A stretch of DNA of 64,000 bases from Alphaproteobacteria bacterium (GCA_964291265.2 OZ219747.1:2688001-2752000), one strand, 5' to 3'; shown: positions 19,268 to 29,302, counted from the first letter of the stretch. Made by a program: numbers and translations. Notes: generated by a model not told the origin, from the letters alone.

Positions 19268-20011
19268 ATGAAGGATGCGGACGAGTATCGGTTTGTCATC
19301 GACGCCTGCGACCCCGATACCCTGCCGATGTCGGATCTGGCCGAATACATGGCTGATCTGGCACGACTGCTCGGCAGTGAGGAGCAGGTGCATTTTGTGC
19401 GTCTTGAAGCTGGCAGCACCGTGCTCGTGCAGCAGGTCGAACGGCAAGCTGCTCCCGAAGTGAAACGCCGAATACATGAACTTGCCGCGCCCACTGCCCC
19501 GGAGGATGCGATCAGGGCATTTGCGGCACTCAACCGACGCCTGGCCAAGGACGGTGCAACCGGCAGCTTGCTGGAAGGTGTTGACACCGAAATCATCCGT
19601 TTTCCTGGTCGAGAGCACTCGCCAGGATTGACGTTCGGTGCCTTCAATCAGCTGGGTGTTCTCGACGGCGTGCTCATCCGCATCGGCGGACGGGACGACA
19701 CCGTGCCGGTGCATCTGCATGACGGCGAGACAATTCACGTATGCAACGCCACCCGTGACATGGCCAGGGATCTTGCGGCTTACCTTTACGGCCCGGTTCT
19801 GCGGGTGCACGGCGAAGGACGCTGGGAACGTACAGTGGATGGCATCTGGTTGATGAAGCGCTTCAGTATCTCGAAGTTCGGGGAACTCGATGATGCACCC
19901 TTGAGCGAAATCGTGGAGAGGTTGCGCGGTGTTGAAGGCAGCGGTTGGCAGGATATCGATGATCCGCTGGCGGAAGTCCGAAGATTGCGCGGTCTTGACG
20001 AGGTACACTGA
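19268..20011 (+). CDS. Hypothetical protein (247 aa), partner of the PIN protein
   Basis: GAGGAG RBS; PDTLPMSDLAEYM..LARLLG...VHFVRLEAGS; beta-rich C-terminal half; TGATG overlap with the PIN gene. Confidence 0.8.
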   Translation: MKDADEYRFVIDACDPDTLPMSDLAEYMADLARLLGSEEQVHFVRLEAGSTVLVQQVERQAAPEVKRRIHELAAPTAPEDAIRAFAALNRRLAKDGATGSLLEGVDTEIIRFPGREHSPGLTFGAFNQLGVLDGVLIRIGGRDDTVPVHLHDGETIHVCNATRDMARDLAAYLYGPVLRVHGEGRWERTVDGIWLMKRFSISKFGELDDAPLSEIVERLRGVEGSGWQDIDDPLAEVRRLRGLDEVH

Positions 20012-20481
20012 TGGCAATCTTCGATGCCACGACACTCCTGTACCTCCTCGAACCAGATGCAAGAGCGCCTCTTGATCCCGACACGAACAGCTCAGTGCCG
20101 GGTGCCCGACAACGCATCGAATTCCTGATCAAGACACTTGAAGCTCGACGCGAAACCGTCGTGATTCCGACTCCGGTTCTCAGCGAGGTACTGGTCCACG
20201 CTGGTGCCGCAGGACCCCGTTACCTCGACATACTGGACAGCACCCGTTGTGTCCGTATCGAGCCATTCGAGCGCCGGGCGGCCATCGAGCTTGCGGAGAT
20301 GACCCGCGATGCCATCAAAGACGGCGACCTGCGTGCCGGCACCGCAGCGACGCGGGCAAAGCTCAAGTTCGATCGACAGATCATCGCCATTGCGCGGACC
20401 GTGGGAGAGTCCACCATCTACTCCGATGACACGGATATCGCGAAGCTTGGCGGAATGCTCGGGCTCAGTATCGTACCCTAG
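20011..20481 (+). CDS. PIN-domain (VapC-like) nuclease
   Basis: IFDAT, IPTPVLSEVL, FDRQIIAIA, IYSDD acidic PIN pattern. Confidence 0.85.
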   Translation: MAIFDATTLLYLLEPDARAPLDPDTNSSVPGARQRIEFLIKTLEARRETVVIPTPVLSEVLVHAGAAGPRYLDILDSTRCVRIEPFERRAAIELAEMTRDAIKDGDLRAGTAATRAKLKFDRQIIAIARTVGESTIYSDDTDIAKLGGMLGLSIVP

Positions 20482-20652
20482 TTGCTTGGTGCGGACCATG
20501 AGTCGGCGGAGAAATGAACGTTGGATACCACTGGGCCGATCCCGCATCGCTCGCTCGGGCACGACTTCCACCGATGTGCTTCCCGCATTTGACGGACCGG
20601 TGTAGGTTTATCGGAGCCGACCGAGGGTGGCGACACGGTGCTGGAGTGATCG

Positions 20653-22968
20653 ATGCGAATGACGAATGTAGTGGCCGCCCTGCGGTCGTGGGTGGAACGT
20701 CTCTGGCTCTTCGCGAGCACGACCTTATCGCGTGTCGGCGAAGTCAGCCCGATCAGTTCGCCTCCGGTGTCCGAACCCGTGAACGGGACTGTGGACGCTG
20801 AAATGTTGGACCAGAGCGGGCCGCAGGCGGAAGATTCTCTCACTCAAGCCTCGGGCCAACTTGAGGGACTCAACGGCAATTATACTGAGAACGGGCTGCA
20901 CGACGACAAACAACCACCCATCGACTCGAACACCACTTCCGTCGAATCGAATCTCGATGCCGAAGATCAGCTGTCCCCGGTTTCCACTGAAAACGGGCCT
21001 GACAAGTCGCCCACTGTGGTTTCGCCGACGGGTGACGACAGCGAACAGACTCAGCTTGAGACCATCGACAAACCGGGAGATGGAGGGGCGGACGGCATTT
21101 CAGAGAGCGGCGCGAGTGAAGCAAATTCACAAAAAAAAACCGGGCCACACCGCAGCGGAGGGAAGAGAGGTACGCAGTCCGGCAGGCTGCCATCGGGTCA
21201 GCAGAAATCGCCATCTAACCGCCCCGAATTGGTCTGCCGGAAAAATCCCTCGTCTGCAGGTTGGGAGGTCATCCTGATCACAGACGAGAAAGCGCAACTT
21301 GACACCGTGTTCCTTGATGGTAGGCCCCTGGACTTCTCCGATGGACGATGCCGTATTCCGTCATTGGACGGATGCCTGACCGTTTCCTATCGAGACGGAC
21401 AGGAACATGTCGTACCTCTGTTCGAGAGCGAACCTCTCATCTTCAAGCTACCAAAGTACTGGTCTGGCGAAGGGCGCAGAACCACCGGGATCACCAGCGG
21501 GTACTTCATCGTTTTCGCTCCGAGTATATGGCAACGGACGGGTCACGCGCCAGTTGAAGCCGACGGCTGTGCCGATCCGGAATTCAGGGCGCATTATTTC
21601 CACCGGGACGCTTTCGCATCAGAAGGCGTTGACGGCTTTCGCGAGTCGGAAGCTCCCTTCGCCACCGGCATCGAATTGACCGGCCGGCGCATCTTCGACG
21701 ATTCTAAGGACGGCGAGCTGTTCGTCGGTGACCCACCCGATATGAAATCCCCGCCTGAGCTTGCATGGGCCCGGGTCGGAGAGGAAACCGGGAGTGGCTG
21801 GGGGGAGAACTTCAAACCCCAAGAGCAATCGCTCTCGAAGGTCTTGGGCAGAAGGAGAGGCCGCTTCTTTCTCCGAGTGTACGATTCGGAAGTCAGCATG
21901 CTCGACAGCCTGGCGTTCCGGCATCTGCCCAACTTGCGGCAGATCTGCGTCAATGGAGCTGAATACGCACCGGACACGGTGCTCGTACCGGGCCTGAGGG
22001 GATACCCGCCCATGGATGTGAGCTTTGTCAGCGCGGATAGCTCAACGCTTTCGCCTGTTCTGCCCACCGGGGCTCGCCAAAAGGTGCTGCCCTCGGGCGC
22101 GATTGAGGTTCCACCGCACCCGGACGCGGATCGCATAGAATGCAGGTTCGGATCCGATGCGCGCGGCGTGAACATCGTCGTCGACCTTCCTCGAATCTGG
22201 TGGCGATTGGACGGTCGCACCGATCCTGGTCCATGGCGCGATACTCCGCTTGTCATGACGCGAGAGGAGTTCCGCAAACAAGCTCACTCGGACGCGACGA
22301 TTTCGCTCCTGTCCAAGCGGCAAGTATCTGTCTGCGTGGGATTCGGCGACGAGCTGAACCAGCCTTACCGCCGAACGATCGAAGATGATCGTATTGTTGT
22401 CCCCCTGGATCACTTCGTCGATCACGCGCAGATCGACAGGAGACTGAATGCCGATGCCTGCTTCAACGTTCAGTGGGCACGGGAGATTGTGTCGCTCATC
22501 GTGATTTCGGCCGATCCCATGCCCGAGATTGTTTCGTTCACTGCGGAACCGGCGACAATTTTCGTCGGCGAGGAAACAGTGTTGGAGTGGACGAGCCGGA
22601 ACGCTGGCGACGCCCGCGTCGCCATGATTCCGGACGCAGGTGTGCTCAAAGTTGACGGATCATGCACCGTCCGCCCCGCTGAAACAACCACGTATACGCT
22701 CATCTTGGATGTTCTCGGCGCCGACGAAGTCAGCAGGACCGTTACGGTCGCCGTCGTTTCACCGACTACTTCGGGCAAACAGACGGTCCCTCGCGTCATG
22801 TCTACCGCAAGCGGGTGGAGAACCGGTAAAGGCTTCAGTTTCGGTGAACTCAAGGAAGCCGGGCTGTCGCTCAAGGAAGCAGTGGACCGATCCATTCCAA
22901 TAGACAGGCGCCGGCGGACCTTGCATCGAACCAACGTTGAGACAATCGGAAGGATGCTTGATGCCTGA
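20653..22968 (+). CDS. 771-aa multidomain protein: disordered N-terminus, beta-rich core, Ig/PKD-like domain, C-terminal eL13-like domain
   Basis: PEIVSFTAEPATI..GE...LEW...NA...GS..V.P..TTTYTL Ig-like motif; WRTGKGFSFGELKEAGL...IPIDRRRRTLH..NV. Confidence 0.8.
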   Translation: MRMTNVVAALRSWVERLWLFASTTLSRVGEVSPISSPPVSEPVNGTVDAEMLDQSGPQAEDSLTQASGQLEGLNGNYTENGLHDDKQPPIDSNTTSVESNLDAEDQLSPVSTENGPDKSPTVVSPTGDDSEQTQLETIDKPGDGGADGISESGASEANSQKKTGPHRSGGKRGTQSGRLPSGQQKSPSNRPELVCRKNPSSAGWEVILITDEKAQLDTVFLDGRPLDFSDGRCRIPSLDGCLTVSYRDGQEHVVPLFESEPLIFKLPKYWSGEGRRTTGITSGYFIVFAPSIWQRTGHAPVEADGCADPEFRAHYFHRDAFASEGVDGFRESEAPFATGIELTGRRIFDDSKDGELFVGDPPDMKSPPELAWARVGEETGSGWGENFKPQEQSLSKVLGRRRGRFFLRVYDSEVSMLDSLAFRHLPNLRQICVNGAEYAPDTVLVPGLRGYPPMDVSFVSADSSTLSPVLPTGARQKVLPSGAIEVPPHPDADRIECRFGSDARGVNIVVDLPRIWWRLDGRTDPGPWRDTPLVMTREEFRKQAHSDATISLLSKRQVSVCVGFGDELNQPYRRTIEDDRIVVPLDHFVDHAQIDRRLNADACFNVQWAREIVSLIVISADPMPEIVSFTAEPATIFVGEETVLEWTSRNAGDARVAMIPDAGVLKVDGSCTVRPAETTTYTLILDVLGADEVSRTVTVAVVSPTTSGKQTVPRVMSTASGWRTGKGFSFGELKEAGLSLKEAVDRSIPIDRRRRTLHRTNVETIGRMLDA

Positions 22969-25900
22969 TACCGACATAAGGGGTTGGCCGGAGAGAATTC
23001 GGCAACGCTACGAGAACTACCTGAAGACCTCTTTCTTCTTCAAGGAACCCCACTTGCGAGCGTCTTTCCAGGAAGCGTTGAGCGAAGAGGGAAGCCTCCT
23101 GCAGGGACCCTTTCCGGAACCCCATCGAGGTTTCGAGAAAAGACTTCACGCGCATGCGCTGGCAGGCGAGTGTTTCCCCGACTGTGCCGGAGGTCTCTTG
23201 CCAGCCCTGATTGATCGCCCGCTGTACGCACATCAGGAACGCGCCATCCGCGCCACGTATGTCGAGGACCTCAATGTGGTGGTCGCAACCGGCACCGCCA
23301 GCGGCAAGACCGAGAGCTTTCTCTACCCCATCCTGTTCGAACTGTATCGCCAGCATCTTGCCGGGGAGTTGGAAGAGCCGGGCGTGCGAGCGATGATCCT
23401 GTACCCCATGAATGCGCTAGCGAACGATCAGCGCGAGCGGCTCGGGGCAATCTGCGGCCGCTTGCGTGAAGCGGGATCCGATTTCGAGCCGACGTTCGGA
23501 CAATACATCGGCCAGACGCCGGAAAATGCCGGGGACCGATGGCGAAACGCGGCAGCTCGCGCCGACGACCGGTTATCCGGCGAGCTTGTCTTTCGCAACA
23601 AGATGCGGCAGTCGCCGCCTCACGTGCTGCTGACCAACTACTCCATGCTGGAGTACCTGTTGATACGTCCCGATGACAGCCCCCTGTTCGACGGCGGGAG
23701 AGGCGCACACTGGCGGTTCATCGTGTTGGACGAGGCGCATCAGTATCGTGGCGCGAGAGGCATGGAAATGGGGATGCTGATCCGCCGTCTCAAGCAACGG
23801 TTGCGCGATGGGGGACGGCAACGGCCGTTTCGATGCATCGCCACCAGTGCGACCATTACCTCCAGCCAAGGCGACGAAGATCGGCAGGCCGTAGCCGAGT
23901 TCGCATCGGAATTATTCGGCGAGTCTTTTTCGATACCATCCATCGTGTTTGGGGAGTCGCTCGGTGCCGACGATCACGGGCCTCCCAGGCGCTATCACGC
24001 GTTTCTCCGTGCGCTCGAGGGCGCCTTCCTCGTTCACCGGAATGGTGTCGATGCGGTGGTGCTCAATCGCAGGAACCAGGACGCAGGCGGCGCGGCCACG
24101 CAGCCGCTCGAGATCGCGCTGTGTCGCGAGTGTGGGCAGCATTACTACGTTGGTCGGGAGCACAAGGGGTGTCTGCGAGAAGCCATCCGTGATCCGAGCC
24201 ATCCAGAATTCGGTGTCGAGCATTATCTGCCGGCAGACGATGGAAACGAATGGCTGTGTAGACGCTGCGGCGCCTTGTCAGGCTCCACACCTGGCTGCGG
24301 CTGTGGCGCAGCAGTACGCGTAAGGAAGTGCGACTCCCACGAACACAATCCCGATCAACTGAAGAAGTGCGCCGTCTGCGGCTACCGGCGCGGAGGAGTT
24401 GGCGATCCCGTCCAGGAAATCGTGCATGGATCGGATGGTCCCAACACGGTTATCGCTACTGCGCTGCACGAACTGCTCCAGCAAGATCGGCGCAAGGTTC
24501 TCGCGTTTGCAGATAACCGTCAGGAGGCGGCGTTTTTCGCATGGTATGCCGAGGATTCTTACAAGAAGCTGCGTGACAGGAATTTCATCCTGAGAGCGAT
24601 CCTGTCGGAATCGGTTGCCGAAGAGGGCCTTTCGATCGATGACCTTCGGAGCCGTTTGCTCCGGGAATGGGACGATGCAGGACTCTTCCGCGAAGCCGAT
24701 ACCCGGGAGCAGCGAACCCGTCAGGTGCTGACGTCCATCCTGCGCGAGGCGGTTACGGACGAGAAGAGATTGTCCTTGGCTGGCGTCGGCCTGGTCAAGT
24801 GGTTTGTCGCTCTCCCCCGGGACCTCCGCTTGCCCGACGCCATGCTGCGGGCGCCCTGGAACCTCAGTGAAAACGACGCGCGTCTCCTGATCGGCCACGT
24901 TCTGGATGAGATGCGCCCGCGCCGTGCCATCAGCTTGCCCGAGGGCGCAGGGACGCCCGAATGGAGCGCTGTCTCGCCTTGGCCGCAACAGGCATTCGGC
25001 ACAGCACCACGCGGCAGGCGGCGCCATGTTCTGCAATGGGGCGGCTCGCAATCGGCGATCGTTAGTCATTTCCTTCGCCGGCTCCTGGCAGACAGTGATC
25101 TGACCGATGACAGGAAGCGAACCGTGTCGATTGAACTGATGAAGGAGATTTGGCTCGCCCTGCGGGACAATGCTCGTGACCCCTTACTCCGGTGTGCAAG
25201 CAAAAACGGCACATTCCAGCTTGACTCGCGCTGGCTTCGGATCAAACCGGCCAACCTCGACGAAATTTGGGAGTGCGACATTTGCGCAACGCTCGGAAAC
25301 TATAACATTCGAGGTGTATGCCCGCGTAACCACTGTCCTGGTACGCTCTCCCCGGCTCGTCAAGAACGTCTGGTCGGCAACCACTATCGTATCCTCTATG
25401 AGAGTCCCGCATTGCCCCCCGAACTGCGCGCCGAAGAACACACCGCCCAGATCGATGCCGACGAGGCGCGCCGGAGGCAGGACGAGTTCAAGAATGGCGA
25501 CATTCACCTGCTCAGCTCCTCGACCACGTTTGAGGTTGGCGTCGATCTTGGCGATCTGGAGGCCGTCTTTCTCCGCAATGTTCCCCCGGAATCGTTCAAC
25601 TACGCTCAGCGCGCCGGTCGGGCCGGTCGGCGGGACACACCTGGCCTGGTGCTGACCTACTGCCGCCGCAATCCCCACGACCTCTATCATTACGAGAAAC
25701 CCGTCGGTCGCGTGATCGAAGGTACAATACACCCGCCGCGTCTGCACATGACGAACGAGAAGATCGTTCTGCGCCATATGGTTGCCGTTGCCCTGTCAGA
25801 GTTCTTCAAGCAGGATCCAGACAGGTTCCGGAACGTCGAAACGTTTTTGGGTGGCTGGCATGTGCCTCGTGCAACGAAAGACCTGTTCGGCTTCTGCGAA

Positions 25901-27163
25901 GATAACGGAGAACTGAAGGAAACCATGCGCCGCATCGTTCCGGCGAACATGCATGACCGGGTCGGTCTTGACGATGATGCCTGGGTTTTGAACATAACGG
26001 GCAAGGACAGCCGCCTTGCTCTCGCGGAGGCGGAGGTGAGCGCGGACTTTACCGCGATGGAGACCCTTCGCAGGGAGTATTTCGACAAGGGCAAGGACAG
26101 TTCGATCGGACGTATCCGCAAGCGGATGAAGACCATTGCGGAGGAGAGGGCGCTGAACTTCCTTTCCCGTAAAGCTATCATTCCGAAGTACGGGTTTCCG
26201 GTGGATGTCGTCGAGCTGGATGTCCGGTCAACGGACGAACGGCCAACCGGTGTCGCGCTTCAGCGGGACCTGTCCCAGGCGATCGCCGAGTACGCTCCGG
26301 GTGGTAAGGTGGTTGCCAACAAACTCGAATGGGAGTCCTGCGGCGTCAAGGCGATTGCCGGGAAAGCATGGCCTGTGCGCCATTACCGGTATGACGATGC
26401 CCGCAGTTTCAGGCAATGGAACGAGGGTGACCCCGACGCACCTTCGGACGAACGGAAGTACCTCATTCCCGAGTTCGGTTTCGTAACTCCCCTGTTCAAG
26501 AAGCCTGCTGAGCCGCAGGGGCGCGCACGACGCCTCTACACGACGCGACCGTTCTTTCGCGATTTCGACGCGCAACCCAAGACCAAAACCGTTCTCGGCG
26601 TGAAGGTGACACGGGCTGTTCCCGGGGTCCTGGTCATCCTGTGCGAAGGCCGGAACAGGGCGGGGTTCTACATCTGCCGATCTTGCGGAAGTCACATGAC
26701 GGTGCCTCAGGTCCCCCACAGATCGCCATCTGGCTCCGATTGCAAGAAGAGCACATTGGAACGATTTTCCCTTGGCCATGAACTGGCCACTGACGTCGTG
26801 CGCCTTCAGTTTCCGATGGTCCACGGCGAGTGGGATGCGTATTCGGTCGCTTACGCCGTCCTGCTCGGTGCGGCAGACACGCTCGAAGTGCCGGACACCG
26901 ACCTTAACGTCACCATTGCTGGCGGAGATAGTCCGGGTGAGTCCGCGGTTGTGCTCTACGACAACGTGCCGGGTGGCGCCGGGTTGGTGGCACAGCTGGA
27001 AAACGAACAGATCTTGGGCGAAGTCCTTGGCGCCGCTACGGAACGGGTGCGGGGCAATTGTGGCTGCGACACCAGCTGCTACGGTTGCCTCCGCAGTTAC
27101 CGCAATCAATTTGCACATGCCCAACTCGACCGGACCCGGGCGCTGGATATCCTTACCCGATAG
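22961..27163 (+). CDS. YprA/DruE-like SF2 DEAH helicase with Zn-finger inserts and C-terminal DUF1998 (MrfA Zn-binding) domain
   Basis: LYAHQ, TGTASGKT, YPMNALANDQ, TNYSMLEYLL, LDEAH, TSAT, AFADNRQ, STTFEVGVDLG, QRAGRAGR, YDNVPGGAG...CGC..SCYGCL; ATG at 22961 overlaps the upstream stop by 8 nt. Confidence 0.93.
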   Translation: MPDTDIRGWPERIRQRYENYLKTSFFFKEPHLRASFQEALSEEGSLLQGPFPEPHRGFEKRLHAHALAGECFPDCAGGLLPALIDRPLYAHQERAIRATYVEDLNVVVATGTASGKTESFLYPILFELYRQHLAGELEEPGVRAMILYPMNALANDQRERLGAICGRLREAGSDFEPTFGQYIGQTPENAGDRWRNAAARADDRLSGELVFRNKMRQSPPHVLLTNYSMLEYLLIRPDDSPLFDGGRGAHWRFIVLDEAHQYRGARGMEMGMLIRRLKQRLRDGGRQRPFRCIATSATITSSQGDEDRQAVAEFASELFGESFSIPSIVFGESLGADDHGPPRRYHAFLRALEGAFLVHRNGVDAVVLNRRNQDAGGAATQPLEIALCRECGQHYYVGREHKGCLREAIRDPSHPEFGVEHYLPADDGNEWLCRRCGALSGSTPGCGCGAAVRVRKCDSHEHNPDQLKKCAVCGYRRGGVGDPVQEIVHGSDGPNTVIATALHELLQQDRRKVLAFADNRQEAAFFAWYAEDSYKKLRDRNFILRAILSESVAEEGLSIDDLRSRLLREWDDAGLFREADTREQRTRQVLTSILREAVTDEKRLSLAGVGLVKWFVALPRDLRLPDAMLRAPWNLSENDARLLIGHVLDEMRPRRAISLPEGAGTPEWSAVSPWPQQAFGTAPRGRRRHVLQWGGSQSAIVSHFLRRLLADSDLTDDRKRTVSIELMKEIWLALRDNARDPLLRCASKNGTFQLDSRWLRIKPANLDEIWECDICATLGNYNIRGVCPRNHCPGTLSPARQERLVGNHYRILYESPALPPELRAEEHTAQIDADEARRRQDEFKNGDIHLLSSSTTFEVGVDLGDLEAVFLRNVPPESFNYAQRAGRAGRRDTPGLVLTYCRRNPHDLYHYEKPVGRVIEGTIHPPRLHMTNEKIVLRHMVAVALSEFFKQDPDRFRNVETFLGGWHVPRATKDLFGFCEDNGELKETMRRIVPANMHDRVGLDDDAWVLNITGKDSRLALAEAEVSADFTAMETLRREYFDKGKDSSIGRIRKRMKTIAEERALNFLSRKAIIPKYGFPVDVVELDVRSTDERPTGVALQRDLSQAIAEYAPGGKVVANKLEWESCGVKAIAGKAWPVRHYRYDDARSFRQWNEGDPDAPSDERKYLIPEFGFVTPLFKKPAEPQGRARRLYTTRPFFRDFDAQPKTKTVLGVKVTRAVPGVLVILCEGRNRAGFYICRSCGSHMTVPQVPHRSPSGSDCKKSTLERFSLGHELATDVVRLQFPMVHGEWDAYSVAYAVLLGAADTLEVPDTDLNVTIAGGDSPGESAVVLYDNVPGGAGLVAQLENEQILGEVLGAATERVRGNCGCDTSCYGCLRSYRNQFAHAQLDRTRALDILTR

Positions 27164-27520
27164 TGTGAAGGACTCGGCAACGCGTGGGGCGGACCTGACC
27201 CAGTGGAGCACCACGGTGTCGCGGTTCCGCACGAGGCGGACGACGGTTTGGCGTTTCTGAAGGGTGACGGAAGTCACGGTTGGCGGCAGGTCGTTGGCCC
27301 CGCTGGCTGCCGAAGAGACCGGCATGGAGGACATCGGGTTCAGCCCCCTCCGCGCGCCGCTGAGGCTGACAGCGTCGAATGTCGTGCGTGAGTTGAGTCT
27401 GCAGGCACATGACAACGCCTGGTTCAGCCGTCGCACGCTGTCGTTCCTGATGACGCGGGAGCGGACCGGGGAAGGTCTTGATCCGGAGTGATGGCCCGTG
27501 TCAAGGCCTTCGGCTGGGTC

Positions 27521-28234
27521 TCACAGAGTGACGTCGTTGCGGCAGTTGACGACGAGTTCGGCGATGGAGGCGGTGTTCGAGAGGGCGATCAGGGTGGCCG
27601 CAAGTTCGGCGATGTCGCCGGGTTCCATCATCTCTTCGTGGGGGAAGGTGGTGACATCGGCCGTCATGTCGGTGGCGACGAAACCGGGGCAGAGCGCCGT
27701 GCAGCGCACCCCGTCGTCCCAGCCGCAACGGCGGGTCGCGTGGGAAAGCGCGACGGCGGCAAACTTGGTCATCGCATAGCCGACATTGTTGTTGTAGACG
27801 GCCTTTCCGGCGATCGAGGCAACATTGACGATGCGTCCCGCACCGCTCTTCCTGAGATGCGGCAGGGCGAGTCGGATCATCGACAGAGGCGCCTTCACGT
27901 TGACGGCCCACATGCGGTCGAGATCCTCGTCCCTGTCGATCTCGACCGTGACCCGCACGACCATGCCCGCGTTGTTGACGAGGCCGTCGATGCGCCCGAA
28001 ACGCGATACCGTGTCGTCCACCCATGTGCGATGGGTGCTCTTGTCCTCGGCGTCGTAGTGGTGGCGCAGAAGGCGGTCGGGACTCCAGCCATGGGTCATG
28101 CCGGCGAGCGAGTCGGGGTCGCGAACGCCCAGGCTCAGCGTGTAGCCGGCATCATGGAGGCGCTCGGCAATGGCGCGGCCGATCCCGCGGTTGGCGCCGG
28201 ACACCATGATGACGCGTCCTTGCGGGGCAATCAT
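27521..28234 (-). CDS. Short-chain dehydrogenase/reductase
   Basis: SGANRGIG, VNNAG, YAMTK, CPGFVATDM. Confidence 0.95.
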   Translation of the reverse strand: MIAPQGRVIMVSGANRGIGRAIAERLHDAGYTLSLGVRDPDSLAGMTHGWSPDRLLRHHYDAEDKSTHRTWVDDTVSRFGRIDGLVNNAGMVVRVTVEIDRDEDLDRMWAVNVKAPLSMIRLALPHLRKSGAGRIVNVASIAGKAVYNNNVGYAMTKFAAVALSHATRRCGWDDGVRCTALCPGFVATDMTADVTTFPHEEMMEPGDIAELAATLIALSNTASIAELVVNCRNDVTL

Positions 28235-28253
28235 GGAACGGTTCCTCCTGAAC

Positions 28254-29219
28254 TCAGGACCACAGCGCGACGCAACGAACCTCGATGCTCCAGCGGTCGG
28301 GTGCGCCGTCCGGGGTCGACGGATCCTCGAAGGCGCTGTGAAAGCTGAAGGTGGAGGTGTCGTCGCCGTCTCCGCTCTCACCTCCGGACGATGCGAGCGT
28401 CCCTTCGGAATCCCATTGCTTGAGGACCAGGACCTCGTCACGGGTGAGTGCCGAATAGAAGGACCACCGGTGGGTCTTGGCGTGCCTTGCGAAGTAGTTC
28501 TCTCCGATGCGGTCGGCGTAGTGAATCTCGAAGACGACGAGGTCGTCCGGGTTCACGCTGGTTGCATCGCACAGCGCCAGGGGATGGGTGGCGACCGGTT
28601 CCGGCCTCACGTTGCGCCAGATGTTGATGATGGCAAACCGACCGGACATGAGGGCGCAGTCGACCTGGTCCCTGTCGAGCAGCGACGTGTCCTCGCCAAG
28701 CACCGTGGCGAGAGTGTCGTTCTCGCCCGGCGGTCTTGTCAGGTCGCGCAGCCGTTGCGGTGCGCTGGCGAGGGTGTAGTCGCCGTGGACGATGTGCGCC
28801 GGTCCCTGGACCTCCTGGCCGCCGCTGATGCGGCTGCGGCTCGACTTGCCGCCAGCCGAACGCACGTTGTGATCGAAGGCGGCGGCGAGGTCTGCACCAC
28901 TCGCCTCGCGCACGATGTCGGCACACACCGGATAGTAGCGGCGCACGACCTCGTCGTGATCGAGAAAATCGAAATCCGCCTGCGCCAGGGGGCTTCTGGT
29001 CATGCAGAAACCGTTGCGCGCGAGTGTCGGGCGATGCGCGGCATCGAGCTGGCGGGCGTCGCATACCGGCATCGGGTGCTCCTCGAGGTCGACACCGACC
29101 CAGTGGTCGTCGCTGCCGTCGCGGTCGCGACGAGTCAGCACCTTGCCATTGCGGTAGAGGGAAGGCACCACCGAAGCGCCGAGATAGTTGAAGCGTCCGG
29201 TGCCTGGAGAGTGTGTCAT
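28254..29219 (-). CDS. CmcJ/NvfI-family oxidoreductase
   Basis: FDHNVR, VHGDYT, INIWR, PLALCDA, FHSAF.DP...RWSIEVR. Confidence 0.85.
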   Translation of the reverse strand: MTHSPGTGRFNYLGASVVPSLYRNGKVLTRRDRDGSDDHWVGVDLEEHPMPVCDARQLDAAHRPTLARNGFCMTRSPLAQADFDFLDHDEVVRRYYPVCADIVREASGADLAAAFDHNVRSAGGKSSRSRISGGQEVQGPAHIVHGDYTLASAPQRLRDLTRPPGENDTLATVLGEDTSLLDRDQVDCALMSGRFAIINIWRNVRPEPVATHPLALCDATSVNPDDLVVFEIHYADRIGENYFARHAKTHRWSFYSALTRDEVLVLKQWDSEGTLASSGGESGDGDDTSTFSFHSAFEDPSTPDGAPDRWSIEVRCVALWS

Positions 29220-29302
29220 CAAGAGCTTCTCTGATGGATGGCATTGCGCTGGCCATTCTGCCACGATGGGGCGGACGAAACCATCACGAGGAGGACGACA
29301 CG

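Noticed and set aside
5509-27163. Druantia type I call from DUF4338 (DruA-like) plus the DruE-like helicase
   Set aside because: The DUF4338 copies are broken, IS-associated and over 13 kb from the helicase cassette; no druBCD-like genes were recognised
27164-27500. Short ORFs after the helicase as a further cassette gene
   Set aside because: Fragmented by stops, no clear RBS or motif; at most a remnant
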